A stretch of 64,000 nucleotides of DNA from Eubacteriales bacterium (lineage in GTDB: Bacteria; Bacillota; Clostridia; Christensenellales; JAWKQI01), in the NCBI GenBank assembly GCA_041390245.1, contig JAWKQI010000001.1, positions 235,558-299,557 of the forward strand, in the 5' to 3' direction. Below, piece after piece: positions 40,434 to 51,485 of the stretch. The position numbers were made by a program, and so were the translations under genes. The notes beneath the pieces are model-generated. The model did not search any database. It was not told where the DNA came from and saw only the letters and a program-made list of their open reading frames with translations. Position 1 is the first letter of the stretch; each line of letters begins with the position of its first letter.

Positions 40434-41609
40434 TCATCGATTTTTCTTATGCGTTTTTCTTATAGCAAATATTATAGAATTCATTCTAACGAGCTCAGCA
40501 CCACTGCTAAACAAATAATGCATCATGCCGGCTATAGTAGAACAACTCGGAGAATCGTATGGCAAATAATTTAATTTTGCCAAATGTATCTTTCTATTAA
40601 AATTCTTAATCAAGAATTCCTTGACCCCACGTATTAAAATCAGCCCTCCGCCGCTAAATATAACTGGATTTTTTCGTGAAACAGGAAGAACACACTTATT
40701 TATCTTATTATATATAATTTCTGCCAATTGCTCAACCCTTGATTCTATAATTTTTTCTATTAAGTCACAAGAAAATCTACGCCCGATTACTTCTTCACCT
40801 ATTATATACTCATAATCGTTTTCAGAATAGCTCATACCTAACGTAAAACGCTTTTTTAATTTTTCTGCAGCTTTTAAATCTATCTTTAAAACTCTCGATA
40901 AATCTCTCGTTATATCTTCTCCGCCTATGCTTATGTTATGGTTCTCTATCACGGCATCGCCGCATAATATCGACACATTAGTATCATATTTGCCGCAATT
41001 GACATATGCCGCAACTTCGTCCCTAAAGTGAGGCGGTACCATGAAGAGCCCTTCTGCCAAAAAATCCGGAATCATCTTTACGACTGCGATGTTCAATTCA
41101 TAAAATATATTATAAATCTGCCTTAGGGCACTTTTTTCGCCAACAATATACGATACACCGGCCGTCATCTTAGAAGACCTCATATTTTCAGGGTCTAGAT
41201 AATACTGCCCGTCGTCCAGCTTAAAGTATACCGGCATAGCAGATAAAAGCTTATATTCATTTGAAACCATATTATGCTCACGGTTAACCGCATCTTCCAT
41301 GTGCTTAGCGGTCACGATATTGTTATCAATATCAACCGTACTTTCGAAAAACCCCACTTTGCAAAAACAAGCAGGTACACCCACATACACTGCGCGTATC
41401 TTCTTATTTGCCGCATTTTTTGTTTCTTTTAAAACCTCAAAGACCTTTTCTTTGGTATCATCCAGGTTAACGATCTTGCCGTTTTTTATCCCGCTGAATG
41501 GTGTTTGTTCAAATGTTTCTACCGAAAACACATTAAAAGCGTCACGTTTTGCCGTAGCACAAACAATTTTGGATGTGCCGAATTCAATTACCGCAATGCT
41601 TTTTGCCAT
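40434..41609 (-). CDS. ftsA: cell division protein FtsA (divergent actin-like ATPase)
   Basis: 391 aa with MAKSIAVIEFGTSKIV.., ..ISIGGEDITRDL.., ..VIFSGGG... Located between ftsQ and ftsZ. Confidence 0.75.
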   Translation of the reverse strand: MAKSIAVIEFGTSKIVCATAKRDAFNVFSVETFEQTPFSGIKNGKIVNLDDTKEKVFEVLKETKNAANKKIRAVYVGVPACFCKVGFFESTVDIDNNIVTAKHMEDAVNREHNMVSNEYKLLSAMPVYFKLDDGQYYLDPENMRSSKMTAGVSYIVGEKSALRQIYNIFYELNIAVVKMIPDFLAEGLFMVPPHFRDEVAAYVNCGKYDTNVSILCGDAVIENHNISIGGEDITRDLSRVLKIDLKAAEKLKKRFTLGMSYSENDYEYIIGEEVIGRRFSCDLIEKIIESRVEQLAEIIYNKINKCVLPVSRKNPVIFSGGGLILIRGVKEFLIKNFNRKIHLAKLNYLPYDSPSCSTIAGMMHYLFSSGAELVRMNSIIFAIRKTHKKNR

Positions 41610-41708
41610 TATTTATGTTTCCCCAATATAGTATACTATTATAAAAAGCCCAATATATCTTATACTATATATCTGTCACAGATGTTTGTAAATAATAAAA
41701 ATCAAAAA

Positions 41709-42467
41709 TTATCCATTTTCTGGACTATAGTATGCAGTTTCGCCTGTCGACACATCTATTGTTCCGCTTGTTATACTTTGCTCACTTAGATTATCAAGAA
41801 CGCCTTTAATCCATTGCATTTTTTTCTCTACATTGTCAGATTGTCCAAACTTTATCTTTATCCCACCTGATTCTTGTAAAACTATATTATTTATATTTGA
41901 TAAATCAATACTTGTTATCACGCCGTTTAAAGATCCCTCGTATATACCGGATAATATCTCCGTAACTGCGTTGAATCTCAATTCATCGCTAAAATTTATC
42001 TTATCTCCTATCTCATATTTAGCTACGTCTATCCCGTTTATGATTATTAAGCTATTCTCTTCGTCTGCTTTGGCTACTTTAAGGACATATCCGTTTATAT
42101 CTATGTAAATATACATATTTACTGCTTTAACGGCAGCTGCTTCTGTCCTTTCTTTTATATTGATTGACACTTCATTCGGATATTTAATATCTAGCGATAC
42201 AAATTCCAAATAAGGATCTGATTCTATGTTTTTTTCAATTTTATTTTTATTTATTTTAAACAGGTGCTCGCCTATGTTGATTTTTGAAAGCTCTACTACA
42301 TAATCTGAGGATACCGTCTCAATGCCCGTTACCTCAATTTTTGCAACTCTAAGTACCTTATATCCTATAAACGTAATTCCGCTTAGGATAAGGATCAAAA
42401 CCAGTACTATTAAGGCTGCCCTGCCTCTTCCTTTTTTTAATTTCTTCTTTTTCTTTTGTTTTACCAC
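41709..42467 (-). CDS. ftsQ: cell division protein FtsQ/DivIB
   Basis: Basic N-terminus, a single TM helix, a POTRA-like segment (..VAKIEVTGIETVSSDYVV..) and its dcw position. Confidence 0.7.
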   Translation of the reverse strand: MVKQKKKKKLKKGRGRAALIVLVLILILSGITFIGYKVLRVAKIEVTGIETVSSDYVVELSKINIGEHLFKINKNKIEKNIESDPYLEFVSLDIKYPNEVSINIKERTEAAAVKAVNMYIYIDINGYVLKVAKADEENSLIIINGIDVAKYEIGDKINFSDELRFNAVTEILSGIYEGSLNGVITSIDLSNINNIVLQESGGIKIKFGQSDNVEKKMQWIKGVLDNLSEQSITSGTIDVSTGETAYYSPENG

Positions 42468-42487
42468 TACTAAAAGTCCTTTTTAGT

Positions 42488-43744
42488 TTAAGTTACCCTT
42501 TGAATGTCCGCGCCTACGCTATTTAATACCCTTTCCAGATGTTCATATCCCCTATCTAGTAGTTGTATATTCTCAATTACTGTCTGGCCTTTTGCCGCAA
42601 GCCCTGCTAATACCATTGCCGCAGCCCCTCTTAGGTCCATAGCCCTTACTTCTGTACCATATAGGTCATTTACGCCTTTTATAATAGCAACGTTATTCTT
42701 AAGCATTATATTTGCTCCCATACGGGTAAGTTCTCCTAAATGCTTGAACCTATTATCAAATACATTTTCAATTATGATACTCGTACCTTCCGCTATTGAA
42801 GCTGCTGCACACATCTGAGATTGCATATCCGTCGGGAATCCTGGGTATGGGGCTGTCTCTATTAAGTGCAGTTCCTTCATCCGTTTATCTGCGCATACAT
42901 GCACTGTATAATCGTCTTCTATATCTATTGATACTCCTGCCTCACGCAGTTTGTTTATTAAAAGCATATTGTGTTTTACTATGCAGTTTTCTACTGTCAG
43001 GTCGCCTAGCGTCATAACTGCTGCTAGCATATAAGTTCCGGCAACTATTCTATCAGACTGACAATCGTAGACTACCCCCGATAATTTTTCAGCCCCATTG
43101 ACTATTATAGTATCTGTCCCTGCACCAAAGACCCTTGCACCAGCCATATTTAAAAATCGCTGTAATTCTACTATCTCTGGTTCCCTAGCTGCATTTCTGA
43201 TTATTGTCTTGCCTTTTGCCTTTATACCTGCCATCATAATATTTTCTGTTGCGCCAACGCTTGGATAATCTAGCTGTATATCGCTTCCGATAACTTGATC
43301 TGTATTACAGTTTATGTATCCAAACTCTTCCTCGATAGTAATATTTAATTTTCTAAGTCCATTTAAATGAAGGTCGATGGGCCGGTTCCCTATTTCACAT
43401 CCACCCGGGTATGTGAACTTGGCCTTGCCGAATCTGCCGATCACCGATCCTAAAAGAAATATCGATGACCTTATTTCTTTTGCCTGTTTATCTGGGATCT
43501 TCCACACGTTTGCAGTCCTTGGGTCTATCGTTAATTCATCTTCGCTCTCAACTACACTACATCCCGTATGCCTTAAAATATCTAGCATATTGTAAAAATC
43601 CGATATCTTTGGATAAGACCTTATTACAGCCGGGCCGTCTAACAACAGACACGCCGCCAGTATAGGCAAAATAGCGTTTTTAGAACCATGAACGCGTATA
43701 CTCCCACAAAGACGTTTTCCCCCATTTACTATAAATTTTGGCAT
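42488..43744 (-). CDS. murA: UDP-N-acetylglucosamine 1-carboxyvinyltransferase
   Basis: MPKFIVNGGKRLCGSIRVHGSKNAILPIL.. with active-site loop ..YPGGCEIGNRPIDLH... GGAGGTG RBS precedes the ATG at 43744; the ORF-track start at 43792 is an upstream extension. Confidence 0.9.
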   Translation of the reverse strand: MPKFIVNGGKRLCGSIRVHGSKNAILPILAACLLLDGPAVIRSYPKISDFYNMLDILRHTGCSVVESEDELTIDPRTANVWKIPDKQAKEIRSSIFLLGSVIGRFGKAKFTYPGGCEIGNRPIDLHLNGLRKLNITIEEEFGYINCNTDQVIGSDIQLDYPSVGATENIMMAGIKAKGKTIIRNAAREPEIVELQRFLNMAGARVFGAGTDTIIVNGAEKLSGVVYDCQSDRIVAGTYMLAAVMTLGDLTVENCIVKHNMLLINKLREAGVSIDIEDDYTVHVCADKRMKELHLIETAPYPGFPTDMQSQMCAAASIAEGTSIIIENVFDNRFKHLGELTRMGANIMLKNNVAIIKGVNDLYGTEVRAMDLRGAAAMVLAGLAAKGQTVIENIQLLDRGYEHLERVLNSVGADIQRVT

Positions 43745-43823
43745 GATAACACCTCCATGAACAACAACCAAAGCATAGAATATACTATGCAATCGTTCAT
43801 TAAGACGTTACCTGACGAGCATA

Positions 43824-44921
43824 CTACCCTTTCTCACACTGCCTTGAAATATTAAGTAAAATTCCGATGGACGCCATAAAAATCATTAGCGAAGAATTAC
43901 CCGCGCTTATGAACGGCAATGTTACCCCCGTCGGCGGAATTGAGCCTGTTACAACCGCGATATGGACTAAAACCTGTATCCCGATTATAGATACTATTCC
44001 GGTAGCTAATAAGGTTCCGAAAAGGTCCGGAGCCTTCAAGGCTATCTTTATACCTCTCCATATTAAAAACACAAAGACTAAAATAAGTGCTATCGCCCCT
44101 ATAAACCCTATTTCTTCCGTTATTATAGAAAATATAAAATCCGATTCGCCATAAGGCAAATATAAGAACTTCTGCCTGCTGTTTCCTATGCCGCAGCCAA
44201 AAAGCCCGGAAGCACCTATCGCGTATAATGACTGTATAAGCTGGTACCCTTCATCCGAAGCGTATTGCCATGGATTTAAAAAGGCAAATATCCTGTCCAT
44301 CCTGTAAGATTTGGCCATCATAAGCGCTGTCCCGCCTACGGCTCCTGCACCCGCAATGAGAGATAAATGAAGCCTTTTAGCCCCTCCTACCCACATCATT
44401 ACAAAACCCATTAGAGCAATACATACTATTGCGCTAAAATTAGGCTGCAGATATAAAAGACCGCATACTATGCCTAATACCAGAAGATATGGAAAAATAC
44501 CATATTTAAATGTCTGCATTTTATCCTTTTTGTCAGCCATATTAGCCGCAAAGAAAAGTATAAGTGCAAACTTGGCGATTTCGGACGGCTGTACACTGAA
44601 TCCAGCTATACTTAGCCATCTGCTCGATCCATTAAGATTTACCCCAACGCCCTTTACAAGCACTACTGCCAAAAGACCTATAGCAATTATAAGACCTATA
44701 TACCTAAATTTCTTTAATTTTTTATAATCAAAAAAGGATAGCACTATCATGGCCACAAACCCGACAACTGCCCCTAAAATCTGCTTTTTAAAAAAATATA
44801 GCCCGTCTGAAAATTTCGTTTCCGCGTAATAATAGCTTGCACTAAAAACCATAAGTATGCCGAATGCCACTAAAATAACTGTTGCTATTAACAGTGCATA
44901 ATCCATTGACTTTTTACGCAT
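43824..44921 (-). CDS. SEDS-family peptidoglycan polymerase FtsW/SpoVE
   Basis: 365 aa with about 10 TM helices and ..QPSEIAKF.. and ..LPFISAGNSS.. motifs. In the dcw cluster between murD and murA. Confidence 0.85.
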   Translation of the reverse strand: MRKKSMDYALLIATVILVAFGILMVFSASYYYAETKFSDGLYFFKKQILGAVVGFVAMIVLSFFDYKKLKKFRYIGLIIAIGLLAVVLVKGVGVNLNGSSRWLSIAGFSVQPSEIAKFALILFFAANMADKKDKMQTFKYGIFPYLLVLGIVCGLLYLQPNFSAIVCIALMGFVMMWVGGAKRLHLSLIAGAGAVGGTALMMAKSYRMDRIFAFLNPWQYASDEGYQLIQSLYAIGASGLFGCGIGNSRQKFLYLPYGESDFIFSIITEEIGFIGAIALILVFVFLIWRGIKIALKAPDLFGTLLATGIVSIIGIQVLVHIAVVTGSIPPTGVTLPFISAGNSSLMIFMASIGILLNISRQCEKG

Positions 44922-44929
44922 ATTTTCTC

Positions 44930-46284
44930 CTATAACTTTGAAACGATTTCTTTAAATACTCTACCCCTGTGTTCATAGTCTTCAAACATATCAAAGCTTG
45001 CGCATGCGGGAGATAAGAGCACATTCATCCCCGGCTGTGCATAATCTGCAGCCATATGGACGGCCTCCTCAAAGCTCGATGCGCAAACAATATTGTCATA
45101 AGACATTTCTTTTGCTGTTTTAAGATCTTAGGTGCTGTTTCTCCTAAAGCTACTACGGCCTTTATATAGCCGTTAAACGCATGGAACAACTCCCTAAAAT
45201 CGCTTTTTTTATCATACCCGCCCAACAGCAGCACTGTTGGCGCATTCATCGCTTGTATTGCCTTTATCGTGGCGTCAGGATTTGTGCCTTTCGAATCGTT
45301 TATATACCTTACGCCGCCAACTTCCCTGACGAACTCTATTCTATGCTCAACACCTTTAAAAGACATAAGAGTATGGCGCAGGACTTGTGCGGATACACCC
45401 ATGACGCTAGCAATACAAACTGCGGCAAGCGCGTTTTCCATATTGTGTTCACCTGGAATAAAAACCTGGTGTTTATTACATATATACTTTTCTATTCCGC
45501 CATATTTAAATACTATGTCATTGTCTCTTAGGTAGGCTCCCTCGCTGACTTCGTCTTTTATGCTGAACCAAAGTACTTTAGCTTTGGCTTTGTCAGATAG
45601 TGAGCGTGTCATTTTGTTATCGTAATTAAGTACCAAAAAATCATCTTTGGTTTGGTTTTCAAATATCCTGGACTTAGATCTTATGTAGTTTTCCATTGTT
45701 TTATATCTATTCAGATGGTCTGGTGTAATATTCAATATTGCACTCACTTTTGGCTTAAAAGTATCTATATCATCTAGTTGATAAGATGAAACTTCTGCAA
45801 CTATTTTATCACCCTTTTTAGTTTTAGATGCCTCTTGTGTAAACGGTATACCAATATTGCCAACTACATGTGTACACTTCCCTGCATTTTCAAAGATATT
45901 ACCTAGCAGTGAAACTGTTGTAGTCTTGCCGTTTGTTCCGGTAACTGCAATTACATCTCCATTTGCGTTTTGGAATCCAAGTTCCAACTCAGAAATTATA
46001 TATTTCTTTAATTTTTTGGCAAGCACATATACAGGCGCCGTCGGTGGCACTCCCGGGCTAATCACTATTAAATCTGCCGCGTAGACTGCCTCAGTCGGGT
46101 CCTTTTTAAAATACTTTTCAAGCGTTAAATCTTTTAAAACGCTTAATACCTCTTTACTTAATTCATTTTCTTCTTTTGCGTCGTAAACGCTGACAAAAAA
46201 GCCAAGATCAACAAGCAGCCTTGCAGCGGCTGCTCCGCTTTTGGCCATTCCGACTACCAATGCTTTTTTGTCATTTAAGACCAT
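44930..46284 (-). pseudogene. murD: UDP-N-acetylmuramoylalanine--D-glutamate ligase, frameshifted at 45118-45121
   Basis: ORF 45025..46284 has ..VIAVTGTNGKTTT.. and a normal body, then ends aberrantly (..[16 protein letters not shown]..). With one extra A in the AAAA run the frame reads ..[54 protein letters not shown] (stop 44930-44932). Confidence 0.9.
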
Positions 46285-46297
46285 TTAAGGGTTCCTC

Positions 46298-47296
46298 CTA
46301 AACCAGTACCAGCATTGCTATTAAACACAGTACTGTTGTGATTATCATATAAAGTGCAACGACTTTTGTCTCATGCATCCCGCTAAGCTCAAAATGATGG
46401 TGCAAAGGCGCCATTTTAAACACGCGTTTTTTAGTCATCTTATAATATCCGACCTGTATAACTACCGACAATGCCGATAATACGAACATAAGGCCTGTTA
46501 TAACTATTAAAAACTGCATACGTGAAACTATCGCCATAAGCGACACGGCAGCCCCAAGGGCAAGCGAACCGGTGTCTCCCATAAATACCGAAGCCGGATG
46601 CGAATTAAACCGTAAAAACCCGAGGCATGCACCGGTTAATGCCGCACAAAATACCATGGTGTTTTTTAAGTCTACAGAATATAGCGTAAGCCCCATAGCC
46701 GAAGCTGCAGCAGACATAGCCAGGAATATAACCGCAAAAGTAGCTGAGTTTATAAGAGTGACCCCTCCTGCCAATCCGTCCAGCCCGTCTGTTAAATTAA
46801 CTGCGTTTACAAGTGAGACAACGACAAATATAGTAAACGGAATATAGAATATTCCAAGGTCCCACTCTACATTTAAAAACGGCACAACTATTTTGGATCC
46901 TATGTTAGGATCGTCATAAGCAAACAACGCAACTATTATAGCAAGGCCAAACTGTCCTATTATCTTTTGATATGCCCTTAAGCCAAGGGAGCGTTTCTTT
47001 ATAACTATAATCAAATCGTCTATAAGGCCAATAAGGCCAAAGCCCAAAGTCACCGATGTCAAAAACGTCACATACCTGTAGCTGCCGCTTGAAAATATAA
47101 GCGTAGTGATTATCAAAGCTATCCAGATTATTATACCGCCCATTGTTGGTGTCCCGGTTTTTTTAAGGTGCGTTTCTGGCCCGTCGTCCCTAACCTGTTG
47201 TCCGAACTTTAAACGCCTTAGTAGTGGTATCGCCAAATATCCGACCAATATGGCAATTGCAAAAGCGCATATTGTAGATAATATTAGTGTTTGCAT
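46298..47296 (-). CDS. mraY: phospho-N-acetylmuramoyl-pentapeptide transferase
   Basis: 332 aa polytopic membrane protein with ..TPTMGG.., ..NLTDGLDGLA.., ..GDTGSLALG.., ..APLHHHFE... Confidence 0.95.
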   Translation of the reverse strand: MQTLILSTICAFAIAILVGYLAIPLLRRLKFGQQVRDDGPETHLKKTGTPTMGGIIIWIALIITTLIFSSGSYRYVTFLTSVTLGFGLIGLIDDLIIVIKKRSLGLRAYQKIIGQFGLAIIVALFAYDDPNIGSKIVVPFLNVEWDLGIFYIPFTIFVVVSLVNAVNLTDGLDGLAGGVTLINSATFAVIFLAMSAAASAMGLTLYSVDLKNTMVFCAALTGACLGFLRFNSHPASVFMGDTGSLALGAAVSLMAIVSRMQFLIVITGLMFVLSALSVVIQVGYYKMTKKRVFKMAPLHHHFELSGMHETKVVALYMIITTVLCLIAMLVLV

Positions 47297-47324
47297 AATT
47301 TATCCCCAAACTTAAGTTACTTTT

Positions 47325-48760
47325 TTATATTTCTTTTAACAGTTCTTTAACCACTTCTTTTTCATCGAAATGGTATTTTACATGGTTTATCTCCTGATAA
47401 GTCTCATGCCCTTTACCTGCTAATAAAATAAAATCATCTTTTCTTGCGTTTGAAAGAGCATAACGTATTGCTTCTTTCCTGTTTTCTATGCATATATATT
47501 CCCCCAGAGTTTTTTTAATGCCCTGTTCGATCTGCCTTATTATTTCTAACGGGTCTTCCGTTCTCGGGTTGTCCGAGGTTATTATCGTGAAGTCTGATTT
47601 ATTTCCGGCAATTTCGCCCATGATTGGGCGTTTCTTTTTATCTCTGTCTCCTCCGCAGCCAAATATCGTAACTATACGACCGCGTGCAAAACCTCTTGCC
47701 GTCCTTATTATATTATCAAGACTATCCGGAGTATGTGCATAATCTAAAACTATTGTAAAATCCTTTCCTCCGTTGTCTAAAACCTCAAAACGCCCTTCTA
47801 CGGATTTAAGTTTATTTAAACCTTCTTTTATATACTTAATATCAATACCAAGTTCTAAAGTACAGGAAACTGCCGCAAGTGAATTATATACGCTAAACTC
47901 TCCTGGTATATGAACCAAAATATCTGCTTTCCCATTTGGATAAACTACCTTATACTCAACGCTACTGGTATTTAATTTGATATCTTTTGCCGTATACTTT
48001 CCGCTGTTCTTTATGCCATAAGTAACCTTATTTTGTGCTTTATCTATCATAAACATCCCTGCAGGATCGTCTATATTCGATATACACGTTTTGCTTGATA
48101 AAAACAGGCGTTTTTTCGCAAGCCTGTAGTTTTCCATAGTCACATGGTAATCCAGATGATCCTGTGTTAAATTAGTGAATATACCTATATCATATGTGAT
48201 ACCGTGCACCCTTAGTAAATCAAGAGAATGTGAAGACACTTCCATGACTGCCGTAGTACATCCTTCGTCTGCCATTTGGCGAAGCAGCTGCTGCAGGTCC
48301 GGCGATTCCGGTGTCGTGCGTTCTGCCTCCATCCTCTTTTCCCTATCATATTATAAATCGTACCCGTAATTCCTACTTTGTGGCCGGCCTCTTTCAGTAT
48401 GCTCCTTATCATATAAGTCGTAGTTGTCTTTCCGTTTGTTCCTGTAATGCCTATCATCGTCATCTCACGAGAAGGGTTCCCATAAAACTCTCCACTTATA
48501 ATTGCCATGGCTTCCCTGTCGTTTTTTACTATTAACTGCGGTACGTTTAAAGGAAGTTTTCTTTTAACTACAAGTGCGGCTGCACCAAGTTCCACAGCCT
48601 GCTTTGCAAAGTGATGCCCGTCTAACGTAAAACCAGATATACAAAAAAACAGGTCTCCAGGTTTAACTTTTCTTGAATCATAGCTTAACCCTGAAATATC
48701 AATATCTGCATTACCGAATACGCCACAATCTACATTTTTTGCTAATTTCATAAGTTCCAT
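47325..48760 (-). pseudogene. murE: UDP-N-acetylmuramoyl-tripeptide synthetase MurE, frameshifted at 48337-48340
   Basis: Fragment 48212..48760 (..IGITGTNGKTTTT..TGTIYNMIGK) then goes out of frame. Fragment 47325..48332 continues ..ERTTPESPDLQQLL..MEVSSHSL... One extra A in the GGGAAAAGAGG run restores ..IGKKRMEAERTTPES... Confidence 0.9.
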
Positions 48761-48792
48761 AACAATTCCCCTTTAAAACCCACTTCAAAACC

Positions 48793-50895
48793 TCATCCAG
48801 AATCATCGTCCGGTTGCTCGAAATACACTTTTATCGTTGAACCGACCAATACCTCTTCTCCGCTTTTAATGCTCTGCGAAACAGCAACTCCGCTCCCCTG
48901 TGCCTCCATCTCTAAATCTAAATTATTTAAGATGAGTTTAGCATCAACTATCGATTTTCCGATCAGATCCGGTACAGTTACATAATCGCCTTCGCTCTCG
49001 CTCTTATCAGACATGTAAAGCTGTATTGCAGTACCTTTATTAACCGAAGTGTTTGGTGCGACAGACATCTTGACTACCGTACCTGTACCATCGGCAACAT
49101 AGTTAAGGCCTGCGTTCTCAAGTTTGGAATCTGCATCAGTAAGTGTCATATTGCGGACATCCGGTACCTCTACCTGTTCAATTGTACCCCCAGTTGACGG
49201 AATCTGCAAATATTTTAGAGTATTTTCAAGCACCATTTTAACATATGGTGCTGCCACAACGCTTCCGAAGTCTACCGCGACGTTTGGTTCATCTACTATT
49301 ATAAGTATTATGACTTCAGGATCGTCTGCCGGTGCAAAACCTATAAACGAGGCAACATGCTTACCTTGTAGGATCTGACCGTCTTCATCATATTTTTGTG
49401 CAGTGCCTGTTTTCCCGCCAATCCTATAGCCATCTATTGCTGCATTTGCGCCGGAGCCATCTGTTACTACTTTTTCAAGCAGATCGCGCATTGTTGCAGA
49501 AGTCTCCTCAGATATTACCCTTCTTACAATTGTAGGGCTGTTCTGAACTACGGTATCCCCTTGAGTATTTACCATTTTCTCTACTATATAAGGTTGATAA
49601 AGGTTCCCACCGTTTATCGCAGCAGAAGCTGCTGTTATAAGCTGCAACGGCGTAACTGCTATCGCCTGCCCAAAACCCATACGTGCAAGGTCTACGTTTT
49701 GAACATATTTTTCCGCCATGACTTTGCCGGAAGATTCGCCGCTTAAATCTATGCCTGTTGTCTTGTTAAAGCCAAAAGCGTCTAGATAATCATAAAACGT
49801 ATCCGTACCCATTCTAAGTGCCATTTCCATAAAACATGGGTTGCATGAATTCTGTAGTGCTTCTTCCAGTGTTTCAGAGCCATGTGGGACGGTGCGCCAG
49901 CACTTTATCTTTACTCCGTCTACCATCTTATATCCAGGGCAGTAAAAAGTAGTGTTAGTATCTATTGCCCCGCTGTCTAAAGCGGCAGCCGTAGTGACTA
50001 TTTTAAATGTAGAACCAGGTTCATACATATCTGTTATCAGCTTATTTCGCGATAACTCCTGAAGAACGCTTAAATCATCTCTTGGCACATCGTTTAAATC
50101 ATAATCCGGAGTAACTGCCATTGCAAGTATTTCTCCCGTATCCGGATCCATAACTATACCCTGTGCTGATTTTGCGTCGTTTGTTTCAAGAGCTTCTTCA
50201 AGCGCTTGCTCCAAATAGCTTTGTATGACCTCATCTACAGTTAAATAAAGGTCGTACCCGTCTTCCGCCTCAACTACTACTTCCTTACCGAATAAAAGCT
50301 CATTCCCTTTAGCATCTGTCTCTGTTACTATACGCCCGTCTTGGCCTTTTAGATACTTATTATACTTTAACTCTATACCTTCCTGGCCTTCTCCGTCAAT
50401 AGACGTGAACCCCAAGACCTGAGTCATAAAATCATTGTTTGGATAATAGCGTTTTACATCTACGACAAAATCAACTCCAGCTAAATCCAGTTCTCTTATC
50501 TCATTGGCAACATCCCTGTCTACCTGCCTTTTCAGCCAAACTTCTTGCTTGCTTGTATTCTGCGCTCTTTCAAGCACATAATCATAAGTCAAATCCAGCA
50601 GGCCAGATAGTTTTTCTGCAACTTCTTGTGCATCCTTTATTTGAGTTGGGTGCAAAACTATAGTATCTGCATTGGCGCTTGTCGCCAAGACATTTCCGTT
50701 CCTATCTAAAATAGAGCCGCGTTCAGCGGCTATCAACGAATCTTGTGTCCACTGGCTTTCCGCTTTTTCCATAAGCCAATCGCTTTTAATAAAAGCAAGG
50801 TACCCTATTCTAAGTACCAGGCATAAAAAGAAAAACGCCAAAGTATACAATAAAAACACAAGTCTCTTTTTGTTTTTTAATCCAGATATGGACAA
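48793..50895 (-). CDS. class B penicillin-binding protein with two C-terminal PASTA domains (SpoVD/PBP2B-like)
   Basis: 700 aa with an N-terminal TM helix, a dimerisation domain and transpeptidase motifs STFK, SCN and KTGT. Two PASTA repeats lie at the C-terminus. Confidence 0.9.
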   Translation of the reverse strand: MSISGLKNKKRLVFLLYTLAFFFLCLVLRIGYLAFIKSDWLMEKAESQWTQDSLIAAERGSILDRNGNVLATSANADTIVLHPTQIKDAQEVAEKLSGLLDLTYDYVLERAQNTSKQEVWLKRQVDRDVANEIRELDLAGVDFVVDVKRYYPNNDFMTQVLGFTSIDGEGQEGIELKYNKYLKGQDGRIVTETDAKGNELLFGKEVVVEAEDGYDLYLTVDEVIQSYLEQALEEALETNDAKSAQGIVMDPDTGEILAMAVTPDYDLNDVPRDDLSVLQELSRNKLITDMYEPGSTFKIVTTAAALDSGAIDTNTTFYCPGYKMVDGVKIKCWRTVPHGSETLEEALQNSCNPCFMEMALRMGTDTFYDYLDAFGFNKTTGIDLSGESSGKVMAEKYVQNVDLARMGFGQAIAVTPLQLITAASAAINGGNLYQPYIVEKMVNTQGDTVVQNSPTIVRRVISEETSATMRDLLEKVVTDGSGANAAIDGYRIGGKTGTAQKYDEDGQILQGKHVASFIGFAPADDPEVIILIIVDEPNVAVDFGSVVAAPYVKMVLENTLKYLQIPSTGGTIEQVEVPDVRNMTLTDADSKLENAGLNYVADGTGTVVKMSVAPNTSVNKGTAIQLYMSDKSESEGDYVTVPDLIGKSIVDAKLILNNLDLEMEAQGSGVAVSQSIKSGEEVLVGSTIKVYFEQPDDDSG

Positions 50896-50920
50896 TTTCC
50901 CCTCCTAAAACATATCAGAT

Positions 50921-51460
50921 TTAATTTACCCCCGAGTCGGCTAATTTAGTGTCCTCGGTATCATCTATATTCTGATTTAGGTTTATATATACGATTTGAT
51001 CGCTGGTTGGGAAACCCATATGCAATTCTTCACTTGCAACCTTTTTTATTTCTTCTAAATCACTTTTTAGTTCAGCTTGCACCTCGTTATATTGTATTTG
51101 TGCTTCTATTTCGGCTATATCGCTTTTAAGTGAATTTATTGTCGTATTGTTGTTGCTTATTATCATGTATCTTAATATTATCAAAGAAAAAATTCCGCAA
51201 ATAGCGAATATTACAAAAAAGCAAGATAAAACAGACCTAAAACTTTTAGGCTTTTTTTCAATTAAAACCTTTTCTTCTACTTTTTCCTTCCGGGTGCTTT
51301 TAACCTGTGGATGTGCATTCTTAGGTTGCGCCTTTAGCTTTCTTTCCCTGTCTAAATCATAGGTGGAAATATTGCCTTTTTTCTTAGGGCGTTTCCTTAG
51401 ATCCTCTACATGTTGGTCAAATTCTTTAAAGTAATCAAGTTTTCTTGCGGTCTGCGGCAT
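50921..51460 (-). CDS. ftsL: cell division protein FtsL-like (septum formation initiator family)
   Basis: 179 aa with a long basic N-terminus, a single TM helix (FFVIFAICGIFSLIIL) and an extracellular coiled coil. It occupies the canonical position between rsmH and the PBP gene. Confidence 0.55.
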   Translation of the reverse strand: MPQTARKLDYFKEFDQHVEDLRKRPKKKGNISTYDLDRERKLKAQPKNAHPQVKSTRKEKVEEKVLIEKKPKSFRSVLSCFFVIFAICGIFSLIILRYMIISNNNTTINSLKSDIAEIEAQIQYNEVQAELKSDLEEIKKVASEELHMGFPTSDQIVYINLNQNIDDTEDTKLADSGVN

Positions 51461-51485
51461 TTCCTTACCCCTTTTTGTGCTTAAG

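Noticed and set aside
47297-47324. Apparent absence of murF (and murG, murB, murC) from the dcw cluster, considered as a sign of gene loss.
   Set aside because: Several Firmicutes, including Bacillus for murF, keep these genes elsewhere. Absence from a 64-kb window is not evidence of absence from the genome.
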